This document shows, piece after piece, positions 30,205 through 39,122 of a stretch of 64,000 bases of DNA. The stretch lies in contig CBDCOZ010000003.1 of NCBI GenBank assembly GCA_965220085.1, forward strand, positions 288,001-352,000, given 5' to 3'. Position 1 is the stretch's first letter. Every line of letters begins with the position of its first letter. The translations under genes and the position numbers were made by a program. Under the pieces are notes generated by a model, which worked only from the letters and a program-made list of their open reading frames with translations, was not told the DNA's origin and did not search any database. Source of the DNA: Candidatus Oxydemutatoraceae bacterium (GTDB lineage: Bacteria; Pseudomonadota; Gammaproteobacteria; Poriferisulfidales; Oxydemutatoraceae).

Positions 30205-31356
30205 ATGAAAATCGCTCAGGTTGTCGGTTCCACTAATCCTGCGGGTGGCATATTGCGTGTCGTAGTGACGCTAGCGAGTGCCTTTGCCAAAGCCGGTCAT
30301 ACGACAGATATCATTTATTGGGACAACAAGGTTCCTGATCATGCAAAAAATGTAAGCGCGCGATTCGTCAAGATGAACCTCTTCGGTTTGTCGCGACATA
30401 ATATTCTCAGCAATATCATCCGCAAGCTGGGAAAATTGATATGGGGAGACTTTTCCTCCTATTTTTATTCGTTTTTTCTTACGCATCAAATGGAACGGTT
30501 TTTGGCACAAGGGGGTTACGACGCTGTTTTCTTTCACACCCCCTACAACTTCGGTTTTTATAGGCTTGCACAATCACACTTTGTTGTGGTGCATACCACA
30601 CTGAGCATGGATTTGTTTGATTCTGTTTCGGAAGCCCGCCGCCGTTTGTTGCAAAGAGCGCTTCCGCGCATTTTCAGAGACAAGCATTTGATCGCGGTAT
30701 CAAAAAGCGTGCGCGATGATTTGGTGAAAAACTTCGGCGCCGATTCCGCCAAAGCGACATACATTTACAACCCGTTTGACTTTGACGCAATTGTCGCCGC
30801 CAGTCAAAGCGACCTCCCCCCGTACCATCGTCCTTATATTCTGGGTGCGGGCAGATATGTGCCGCCAAAGAACTTTGCGTTGTTGATACGAGCGTATGCG
30901 GAGGCTATGTGCGAGGAAGATCTGGTAATCATTGGCGATGGGAGGAGGGGAAGACGAGATTTACAAAAACTTGTCGAACAATTGGGAATACAGGATAGGG
31001 TGTATTTTGCCGGCTATCAACCTAATCCGTATCCATGGTTTCGCCATGCTCATTTGTTTGTGCTGTCATCTGACTGGGAAGGTTTTGCGATGGTAATCCC
31101 GGAGGCATTGGCCTGTAAAACTCCGGTGGTCAGTACCGACTGCCCGAGCGGCCCCAGAGAAATTCTCGGACACTGTGGGTTGCGGGATTATCTCGTGCCG
31201 GTCGGCGATGCGGCGGCATTGGCGGGAAAGATTAAGGAGGCACTCGCCAATCCGCCCGACCTTTCTGACATTGATGCAAAATTGAAAATATTTCAGGCCG
31301 ATGCGGTCGCTGAGCAATATCTCACGGTGATTAATGCGGCGAAGGAGAAACGGTAG
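30205..31356 (+). CDS. Glycosyltransferase family 4, copy B (tandem paralog)
   Basis: Same length as copy A and nearly identical. Confidence 0.92.
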   Translation: MKIAQVVGSTNPAGGILRVVVTLASAFAKAGHTTDIIYWDNKVPDHAKNVSARFVKMNLFGLSRHNILSNIIRKLGKLIWGDFSSYFYSFFLTHQMERFLAQGGYDAVFFHTPYNFGFYRLAQSHFVVVHTTLSMDLFDSVSEARRRLLQRALPRIFRDKHLIAVSKSVRDDLVKNFGADSAKATYIYNPFDFDAIVAASQSDLPPYHRPYILGAGRYVPPKNFALLIRAYAEAMCEEDLVIIGDGRRGRRDLQKLVEQLGIQDRVYFAGYQPNPYPWFRHAHLFVLSSDWEGFAMVIPEALACKTPVVSTDCPSGPREILGHCGLRDYLVPVGDAAALAGKIKEALANPPDLSDIDAKLKIFQADAVAEQYLTVINAAKEKR

Positions 31357-31406
31357 TATTGGATGTCACGCATCGGGCAAGGAAATAGGCAGCGTTTGTT
31401 CGCGAA

Positions 31407-31447
31407 GCCGTAATCCGGGGTTCTGAGAATCCTTCGGATTACCGGCG
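31407..31447. terminator. Possible hairpin terminator between convergent glycosyltransferase genes
   Basis: GTAATCCG...CGGATTAC inverted repeat followed by T-rich sequence. Confidence 0.4.
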
Positions 31448-31467
31448 CGGGTTTTGTTTGATTCTTG

Positions 31468-32523
31468 CTATTGAGCCAGTTTCTTTAACGTCTCAATGTG
31501 TCGTGTGATTGACAGTGTGTCCCGAATATGTGCTATGGAATCTTCGGGTACCGGAGCGGGTTTTTGCAGAAACTCTTTGATGGCATCTGCCAGTTTCCGC
31601 ACATCGCCGTGCGGCGTGACCCACCCCATGCCTTCGTCAATAATATCGGCGGCACCGACACGATCAGAGATGAATACGGGTAATCCGCTCAATATCGCTT
31701 CCGTAACCACTTGCCCAAACGGTTCGTAGCGCGACTGTAACATCACCGCATCGGACATGCGGTACACATCGACAACATTGTTGACATAGCCCAGCCAATG
31801 AATGAATGGCAAATCGGGAAACCTGCCGCGTCCCGCGCCGGCTACCAGAACTTCGCAGTCATCGCGTCTTAAATGCTCTATTGCCCGTATCACGGTCATC
31901 AGCCCTTTTCTGTGATGGTTATTTGAAACAAGCAAGAAGTACTTTTTGTCGGGCTTCAGAGCGTATCGGGTGCGAAGCTGTTTTTTTTCATTCGCACTTG
32001 GCGGGCGGAATGTTGCCGTAGTCGGGGGGGGCAGAATATCCACTCGTGCGGATGGGATACCGAGTAAGCGAACAACCTCGTCTTTTTGATTTTTTGAACG
32101 CACCAGCGTAATGCGAGCGCTGCGATACTTTTTCCAATCGTAATAAACTCGCACCCAATTCAACGGGTTCAATAATCGCCGTTTGTTTGTCAGCATATCC
32201 CCTATGTGAGTTCCGCAACAGATTGCAATATCGGGGCTGTAGGGTGTGCCGATGCCCAGTATCATGTCATACCGCCGCGCGGCTAATTGTCGGCGCAAGT
32301 AGCGGTTGAACCAAATGTAGCGGAGTTTTCTCGGGCACCATGACAGATTTTGGCGGTGGATTGTCAGCTTGGGTTGGGACAGAAGTTCCTCTGGCAACGC
32401 TACTTTGGTAGTGAAGCAATCAACCGTATCGCCCGCCTTCAACAGCGCCCGTATCATATTGCGAACATAGCGTTCGGCACCGCCGCTGGTGATTAACTTG
32501 TCTGTCAAAATAGCAATGTTCAT
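31468..32523 (-). CDS. Glycosyltransferase family 4 (WaaG/WabG-like)
   Basis: GGAERY, RKGL, SRYEPFGQVVTEAILSGLPV. Confidence 0.9.
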   Translation of the reverse strand: MNIAILTDKLITSGGAERYVRNMIRALLKAGDTVDCFTTKVALPEELLSQPKLTIHRQNLSWCPRKLRYIWFNRYLRRQLAARRYDMILGIGTPYSPDIAICCGTHIGDMLTNKRRLLNPLNWVRVYYDWKKYRSARITLVRSKNQKDEVVRLLGIPSARVDILPPPTTATFRPPSANEKKQLRTRYALKPDKKYFLLVSNNHHRKGLMTVIRAIEHLRRDDCEVLVAGAGRGRFPDLPFIHWLGYVNNVVDVYRMSDAVMLQSRYEPFGQVVTEAILSGLPVFISDRVGAADIIDEGMGWVTPHGDVRKLADAIKEFLQKPAPVPEDSIAHIRDTLSITRHIETLKKLAQ

Positions 32524-32883
32524 CGGTTGGCCTCTTGAGAGCTATTCTAGCAATAGTATGAATTATTTCGTATAGCGAACGCAGAAACAACTCTAGCGGC
32601 GCGACAACTTGTGAGCCGGACGGATTGTTGACACCTTCATGACCGCCTCGCCCCGCATGCCCGGCAACTAAAACGGTGTCGTCAGTGGATGATGTTGTGC
32701 TTGCCGGAAATCACTTTCGTCGCTTGATGCAAGTTTGTCAGATATTAGAGGAAACCCTTATGTAAAGCCATTTTCTGCTAACTATTGACACGGATGCAAT
32801 ATTTGGTAATCTCTGGATTGAGTAGATTATAACAAAATCACAATGGCATCATTATGATGAATAGGTGATTGGGAGGATTAGTT

Positions 32884-33666
32884 ATGACATATACTTCAAA
32901 TAAACTTTTCTTGGCATTGACCGTAGTGCTGATGACGGTCGGTGCTATGCCTGCGCTGTCAGAAACAAAGAGCAGTATCTGGGAATTTTTCTGCCCAAAC
33001 AAAAAAGATGCATCTTTTAACGATCCTGGTTGCTATGCTTCTATCATGTTTGGGCTTGAGTTTGGGACTACAGACATAACAACCGATATGGACAATACCC
33101 AAATCAAAGACAGTGAAACTGAACACCTAATCGGAGATGGAATTATCCAAAGCGAGCGGCTTGCATTGGGTGGATGGTTGGCTTCGAAGAATAACCCTTA
33201 TACTCTTGGCGTTGAGGCTGACTCCACCCTATATAACGGATCTACCCACGAGTCTCTTGGTGGCATGGGCCGATGGCAAATGAAAAAGAATAGGAGTTAC
33301 GGTATCACTGCCAAAATCGGCTACAAGCCCCCCAACTGTGGCGGAAAATGCTTAGTGTATTTTATTGGGGGTCATAGGTGGCTTTCGGCTATCGCCGAAG
33401 TGGAACCAGCCGGCCTGATACCAGATCAACCGATGATAGCTGGTTCTACGCGCCGTAATTTTGATGTTAGCGGAAATGAATTCGGAATTGGGGCTTATTT
33501 CCCTTTCTTTAATTTGTTGTGGGCAGATAATAACATGTGGAACATTGAGTATCGCCATGTGCGATATGATCTTGACTGGTCCTTCCAGACTGCGCAAAAC
33601 ACTTATAACCCTGACATTGGTGTGGATGAACATATTATTTGGTTCAATTTCTCACTCCCCAGATGA
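32884..33666 (+). CDS. Outer-membrane beta-barrel protein (Omp25/OmpA-like barrel)
   Basis: Signal peptide; amphipathic strands YGITAKIGY, NIEYRHVRY; aromatic C-terminal strand. Confidence 0.7.
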   Translation: MTYTSNKLFLALTVVLMTVGAMPALSETKSSIWEFFCPNKKDASFNDPGCYASIMFGLEFGTTDITTDMDNTQIKDSETEHLIGDGIIQSERLALGGWLASKNNPYTLGVEADSTLYNGSTHESLGGMGRWQMKKNRSYGITAKIGYKPPNCGGKCLVYFIGGHRWLSAIAEVEPAGLIPDQPMIAGSTRRNFDVSGNEFGIGAYFPFFNLLWADNNMWNIEYRHVRYDLDWSFQTAQNTYNPDIGVDEHIIWFNFSLPR

Positions 33667-33709
33667 GTAGCAGAAAATAGTTTCCAGCATGCCAACAGTG
33701 GCATACCGG

Positions 33710-34355
33710 ATGTGAGATTTTTTGTAGCAAATCATACAGGGTCATCCCACCGGGAACTTTTTGGCACAGCAGATAACTTCTGCGGTCAAACTGGCTACGC
33801 CGGTCGCTCCAGAAAGCAAATGGTTCCGCGACCGGCACCCCGGCATTGAGCAAAGCCAATGCATATTTGAAAGCGACCTTGTTGTAATCACGATATAGCG
33901 AGCGCAGAAACAACTCTGTCCGGCACGACAACTTGTAAGCCGGATGGATTGTCGACATCTTCATGACCGCCTCGCCCCGCATGCCCGGCAACCGAAACGG
34001 TGTCGCCCGTGAATGATGTTGTGCTTGCCGGAAATCACTTTTGTTGCTTGATGCAAGTTTGGATGCAAGTTTGTCAGGTATAGAGAAAACCTTTATGTAA
34101 AGCCATTTTCTGCTAACTATTGACACGGATGCAATATCTGGTTAGTCTCTGGATTGAGTAGATTATAACGAAATCACAACGGCATCATTATGATGAATAG
34201 GTGATTAGGAGGAAATAGTTATGACATATACTTCAAATAAACTTTTCTTGGCATTGACCGTAGTGCTGATGATGGTCGGTGCTATGCCTGCGCTATCAGA
34301 AACAAATAGCGGTATCTGGGAATCTCTCTGCCCAGACAAGGATGCATCTTTTAAT
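33710..34355. pseudogene. Duplicated block: inverted kinase-2 fragment, promoter region and 5' end of the outer-membrane gene
   Basis: 33710-33990 is an inverted match to 14500-14785; 33890-34355 matches 32570-33020. Confidence 0.85.
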
Positions 34356-34408
34356 GATATGTGTGCTATAGTCCAAATGGACATTTTCTGATTAATTAAG
34401 GAGGTATA

Positions 34409-35227
34409 GTGATGGTACGTAAGACAGTTCTTTTTGAAGGTGATTCGTGGTTTGCATATCCTCAAGACCCTATAGGCCCTTCCAATATTTATGAAAAGTT
34501 TAAGGCTATCAATGACGTTAGATCCAGTGAGGACAGATATAAGGTTTACTTTCAGCCGTATCCAGCGGATGCTTTTGGCACGCCTAGAGGGAGGCCTCTT
34601 TCTAAGAATGGTGATACGATAAAAGACATGGCATCTGATAAGAACATAGAGCTCTGGAAGATTCTAAAAAAATCAAAAGTGTGGGCACTGATTATCTCTG
34701 GGGGAGGGAATGATATTATTAAGTGGTTAGATAAGGGGCTATTAAAGACTTATGCGGGTGGGGCTGTGAAGACTAAGAGTCGAATTAACATAAAAGTGCT
34801 TAACCGAATGTTGGGAGAAATTGAGGAGGCTTATACGACACTCATGACAAGTTTGCAAAGAACCCGAAATCCCAGCATCCATGTTTTGGCGCATAATTAT
34901 ACTTTTTTGAAACCGAGCGGAGTATCTTCAGCGATTGGGTTTGGGCTTGTTGGCCTATTCAAGGGACCTTGGTTGCGACCTTCTTTTGAGGTGGCAGGGT
35001 ATCCTTCTGAGGAGATTAGCACTACAGGCCAAGCGGTATGTGATTACGTGATGCAACAATTTTCCCAAAAGTTAGCTGACTTAGAAGGAAAATTTGGGAA
35101 TTTCCGTTTGGTTAGAAGTCAAGATATACCTAAGTTAAGTGATTGCTTGGTTGACGAACTACACTTGAACCATACGGGATGCCACAAGGTTGCCCAAGAA
35201 ATCATAAGCAAGTTGGATAATCTGTAA
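34409..35227 (+). CDS. SGNH/GDSL hydrolase family protein
   Basis: EGDSWF, SGGGNDI, DELH. Confidence 0.82.
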   Translation: MMVRKTVLFEGDSWFAYPQDPIGPSNIYEKFKAINDVRSSEDRYKVYFQPYPADAFGTPRGRPLSKNGDTIKDMASDKNIELWKILKKSKVWALIISGGGNDIIKWLDKGLLKTYAGGAVKTKSRINIKVLNRMLGEIEEAYTTLMTSLQRTRNPSIHVLAHNYTFLKPSGVSSAIGFGLVGLFKGPWLRPSFEVAGYPSEEISTTGQAVCDYVMQQFSQKLADLEGKFGNFRLVRSQDIPKLSDCLVDELHLNHTGCHKVAQEIISKLDNL

Positions 35228-35269
35228 AGTTTAGATTAAGATTGCCTAGAACTTATCAGCGGAGGACAG

Positions 35270-35803
35270 ATGGAGAACAAAGCACACAAAAGAATACCCG
35301 TAGCAGTAGCGGTGATTTTGTCACTTGTGTTGATTTTAACCATGCTTTATTTTTATAAAGTTGCATCAGCGAGTTATAGTGCTATGGTTCCAATGGTATT
35401 CATTTTAGGGTTTACTGGGGGGCTTATCAGCAAAATTCAGAGGTTGCGGAGGGGAGGAGAAGAAAACAGGGAAAGAAAGGAAAGTAGGCTGACTGCACTT
35501 ATTCCAGATTATATACTTCCTTCCATTATAGGTGGGGTTTTTGCAATAATTTTGATGCTGGTATTTGATGGCGGACTTATTAAGGGGGTAGTGTTCCCTA
35601 CTTATCCTGAGCCTAAAGATTTTCCAGTTAGGGATGCTACGGAATTCCTTATATGGGTAAAAACATATTACCCTATTAATGGTGGAGAGATTGCCAAGTT
35701 ATGGGTTTGGTCCTTTTTAGCAGGGTTTAGTGAGCGGTTCGTTCTTGACATTCTTAGTGGGTTGAGTTCGCGGCGCGGAGGAAACAAATCAGAATCTTCA
35801 TAA
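35270..35803 (+). CDS. Hypothetical 4-TM membrane protein (AGFSERFV motif)
   Basis: GGAGG RBS; 4 hydrophobic segments. Confidence 0.8.
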   Translation: MENKAHKRIPVAVAVILSLVLILTMLYFYKVASASYSAMVPMVFILGFTGGLISKIQRLRRGGEENRERKESRLTALIPDYILPSIIGGVFAIILMLVFDGGLIKGVVFPTYPEPKDFPVRDATEFLIWVKTYYPINGGEIAKLWVWSFLAGFSERFVLDILSGLSSRRGGNKSESS

Positions 35804-35814
35804 TCTGGGTTTGC

Positions 35815-35941
35815 TAGTCATCTGTGGCGGAAGTAGCTATTTCATAGAAACCTTTGATGCGTAGCCGATGTGTTGATATTGCATGTCGGCTACGTTTTTT
35901 GTTGAGGTCAGGAATCCGGAATGCTTCTGGCATTATTCACT
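35815..35941 (-). mobile_element. IS481-family 5' relic
   Basis: GAATAATGCCAGAA...MQYQHIGY..KGFYEIATSA. Confidence 0.7.
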
Positions 35942-36866
35942 CCGTAGGAAGCTCGGACAACAATGTTGAACCCAGTTTCCGAATATCTTTTCTGGCCAAC
36001 ACCGGCAAATTAATGTCTTTCTGAATCTCCAAGGAGCGGTCATCGATGCCTATGATGACCGACCTTATCCCGTGTTGCAACGCACGGATACCGCCGTGCA
36101 AGCGAGTGCCGACATAATCGGTATCATTCTCTGCCAGAAACGCATCGTAAGCATTTAATGAGGGGGGAATTATATTTGCTTTCTTGAGCATTGCCTCATC
36201 TGCCACACTCAAAAAATACTCCATATCCCCAAGTTGCTGGGGCCAGAAGTGCAACTCATCATAAATTGTATCCAGAGTAGATAACATCAACCGATCGCTA
36301 TCAGATGGCTTATGTCCCGTGACGGTGAAGACCGCCTTGCTTGATTTCTTAGTCGGTATCTTCTTGCAATGCTCTTCGCTTAGCGACCATGTGGTCAGGC
36401 AAGACGTGTTGACAACATTTGTAATGCCAATCGCATGCAACATCTCTTGCACCCGGCTATCGCGCACAGAGTGAAGCAACTCGCTATTCAGCGCTTTGTG
36501 GTAAAAGCGCTTCTGCCTGTACCTGACTCGTTTTTTGTAATTGCTCCAGCCCACCCCGCAAAGAAGAACTTTGTTCGCCAGAGAAGCCGCATCCCCGCGG
36601 CGCAACCGCCAGCCGCGATTCATTCTGTGCCTTGACTGCAAGATATTGGTGCCCAGCATCAGGCTCAGCGGGGATTCCCGAATCAGTTTCCGTCCCACTT
36701 TCCCGATATAGTCATGCGTGGGAACATTCGTGACATGAAGCTTATCCAACACGAAACTGAGTTCCTTAAGCATTGAACCCACAATTATTAAGTCACCTAA
36801 ATTGGAAGTGGAAACTGCGGTGTCCAATAAGTTAATGCGCTTGAGACGGCTATCGTGAAATGTCAT
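35937..36866 (-). CDS. Polysaccharide pyruvyltransferase family, copy B (C-terminus clipped by IS relic)
   Basis: Intact frame through GTRLHGGI; stop lies at the IS junction. Confidence 0.85.
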   Translation of the reverse strand: MTFHDSRLKRINLLDTAVSTSNLGDLIIVGSMLKELSFVLDKLHVTNVPTHDYIGKVGRKLIRESPLSLMLGTNILQSRHRMNRGWRLRRGDAASLANKVLLCGVGWSNYKKRVRYRQKRFYHKALNSELLHSVRDSRVQEMLHAIGITNVVNTSCLTTWSLSEEHCKKIPTKKSSKAVFTVTGHKPSDSDRLMLSTLDTIYDELHFWPQQLGDMEYFLSVADEAMLKKANIIPPSLNAYDAFLAENDTDYVGTRLHGGIRALQHGIRSVIIGIDDRSLEIQKDINLPVLARKDIRKLGSTLLSELPTE

Positions 36867-36869
36867 AGC

Positions 36870-37562
36870 TCACGATGGTTTGGTAAGAATGGCCACATAG
36901 TTTTTAGGATAACCTCTTTTGGTGAATTTGTATCGCATCTCCATCCGGTGAAAGAAAATAGACAATACATATGCGCTGATTCTGGCGGCAAAGACCAGCG
37001 GAACAGACAAAGCGCCGAGAATTCCTCCGCCAAATTCTTTCGGGTTCATCGGCAGGTGTTTTGCCATTCCTTTCAGTTGATAGCCGAGTGTGCTGTAGTA
37101 ACCTTCCATCCAATCTAACCGATTAATCGTAAACCCAGCATCGGTGAATAACATACGAAGACCAAACTGTGTATATCTGAAAAAGTCATACGGTTTTTCA
37201 TGCTCCTCGTAAAAGAGAGGACCGGTATAAATCATCCGGCCGCCGGGCTTGAGCACACGGAACAGTTCTGTCAGCGCTTTCTGCGGATTGGGCAAGTGCT
37301 CCATGACCTGATTAAACAGTATGCAGTCGAATCTGGCATCCTCAACGGGGATGTCGGTCAAGTCGCAAACATAAGCGGGCTGCGCGTATTTTTTGTCCAC
37401 CTTTTTGAAGTCCGCGGCTTCGTAGCGCGTATGTGCAAACAGATGCTTGTATCGTTGGTCGCCCGCTCCCGCATCCAAAACGACGGCGCCGGCGGGTATT
37501 GACTTGGCAAAAAGGCTGTTCTCTTCGCACAGCCGTTGTCGTGATGAGTTAAGTCGGGCCAT
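36870..37562 (-). CDS. Class I SAM-dependent methyltransferase, copy B
   Basis: Nearly identical to 19303-19995, inverted. Confidence 0.9.
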   Translation of the reverse strand: MARLNSSRQRLCEENSLFAKSIPAGAVVLDAGAGDQRYKHLFAHTRYEAADFKKVDKKYAQPAYVCDLTDIPVEDARFDCILFNQVMEHLPNPQKALTELFRVLKPGGRMIYTGPLFYEEHEKPYDFFRYTQFGLRMLFTDAGFTINRLDWMEGYYSTLGYQLKGMAKHLPMNPKEFGGGILGALSVPLVFAARISAYVLSIFFHRMEMRYKFTKRGYPKNYVAILTKPS

Positions 37563-37584
37563 TGTCTCGCGGGTTGAAAAGAGT

Positions 37585-37770
37585 GGGTCGCTGGGTGTTA
37601 AACCATGACAGATATTTTATCCGACAATCATTGAATGTCCGAATGTCGGTCGGCAACAGACCCTATTCAGATTCCGCACATTCTTCCTGAAGTGCGCGGT
37701 TAAAGCGTTCCTTGAGCCTTCATTTTCGGATATTGGGGATAGGTATAGCGGTGGTTGGAGAAGTTGTTGA
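37585..37770 (-). mobile_element. IS481-family 3' relic
   Basis: YPQYPKMKAQ..RFNRALQEE...WFNTQRP. Confidence 0.75.
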
Positions 37771-37883
37771 TGTGTGCCGGGCGTATTGTGACCAATGGGA
37801 ATATTGTTGGCTACCTTTCAAATGCTTCCTCATCGGATATGTTCGGCACTTTCTTCAGTGCATCATAAACCTCTTTCATAGTG

Positions 37884-38513
37884 CTAAACAAGATGGGGCC
37901 GCAACTCATTGGGCGGGGCGGGCGCATCCAGCAAGAAGTTCTTTGCTTCTGAGTCGCCGTGACGCCAGCCCAAATCGTGGATGCGCCGAATAGTCGCGCA
38001 CATATTCGATAGCAGGGCGTCGGCGCATTCGCGCAAATGCGGGTTCTCTGATGCTTTCAGCGCGCGAAGCAACTTCTCGCCGTTCGTGCTTTTGTTGATC
38101 TTTTCATACATGAAATATGTTTTTGTGCGCATCCCTTTTCCGGTGCGCCAAAAGGCAATGGGCGTTGGGGCGGCGATGCCGAGTTTGCGTAATGCGCAAC
38201 ATGCCACAAATGCCTTCTTGTTGTGATCTCTGCCAATCCAATGCTTTAAGAACAGTTCAAGTTTGCGGTTCCATGGGTGGGTCGGATTAATCGTTGAGAC
38301 TTTCATAACAACATCGCGATTGATACACGCCAAGCGGAACATATATACAAATCGCCCGCGGCTGACAGCGGTTTCAACTAAATGCTCATCGGTTTCATGT
38401 TGTTCAAACTCACGATTATTGAGCCACTGATCCAGTGCTTTGCTCGGTTTCGTGTTGTGCAAACTCACGATCATTGAGTCGCTAATCCGGTGCTTTGCTC
38501 GGCGAATGCGCAT
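37884..38513 (-). pseudogene. LPS kinase family paralog 3, 3'-truncated
   Basis: VVMK, HGDSEAKNFL; ends before the D-x-D motif, at a fragment of the 1956 gene. Confidence 0.72.
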
Positions 38514-38655
38514 GGCTGGTTGTTATCGTTCCTTGACACAGGCGGTTCGGGCCATCCTGCTGACCTGCGTGAAAGAGTGAAAAACAATATTAGCCGAGAA
38601 CTTTGACTCGAGCGTTGGCAGATGAGGGAGTCTGCGCTATGGCCGATTGACGATG

Positions 38656-38898
38656 CTAGGAATTGCGTTTCTTAGGTATTATTATGTTGCGCTCCCAGCG
38701 AGGTATGTGGTTATGGGCGCGAGGTATGCGGTTAGGCAGAGCAGGAGGACTCCGGTCAAGCCATTCTTTATGTAGATCTCTTCGTGAATCCATGAAATTA
38801 TGGTCTAGCAGAGGAATCTCTTTGCCAGAAGCATCTGTAGCAAATGCATGCGGGAATGAAGGAAGCAACAAGACGATAAAAAGTATTAAGTGTTTCAT
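38656..38898 (-). CDS. Small secreted protein, MKxLIFF family (copy 2)
   Basis: Signal peptide MKHLILFIVLLLPSFPHAFA; same leader as 6250 and 51312. Confidence 0.72.
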   Translation of the reverse strand: MKHLILFIVLLLPSFPHAFATDASGKEIPLLDHNFMDSRRDLHKEWLDRSPPALPNRIPRAHNHIPRWERNIIIPKKRNS

Positions 38899-39122
38899 AG
38901 TTCACCTCTAAGATACTGAAACAAAATCATACCATAAAACTCGGAAATGATGAGCAATATATTATGCGATTATTCAACAGGCTATATGATGCCATTGCAT
39001 CTCAAGCAAATTAAGTGATAGTTCTAATCTAAAATGGCTGGGCATAATCTTTAGCTATTTACTCTTCCGCGCTTTTGAGTGAGGCATGCACATAGGGCAA
39101 CGTTTTTAGCAATCTTTGCATA

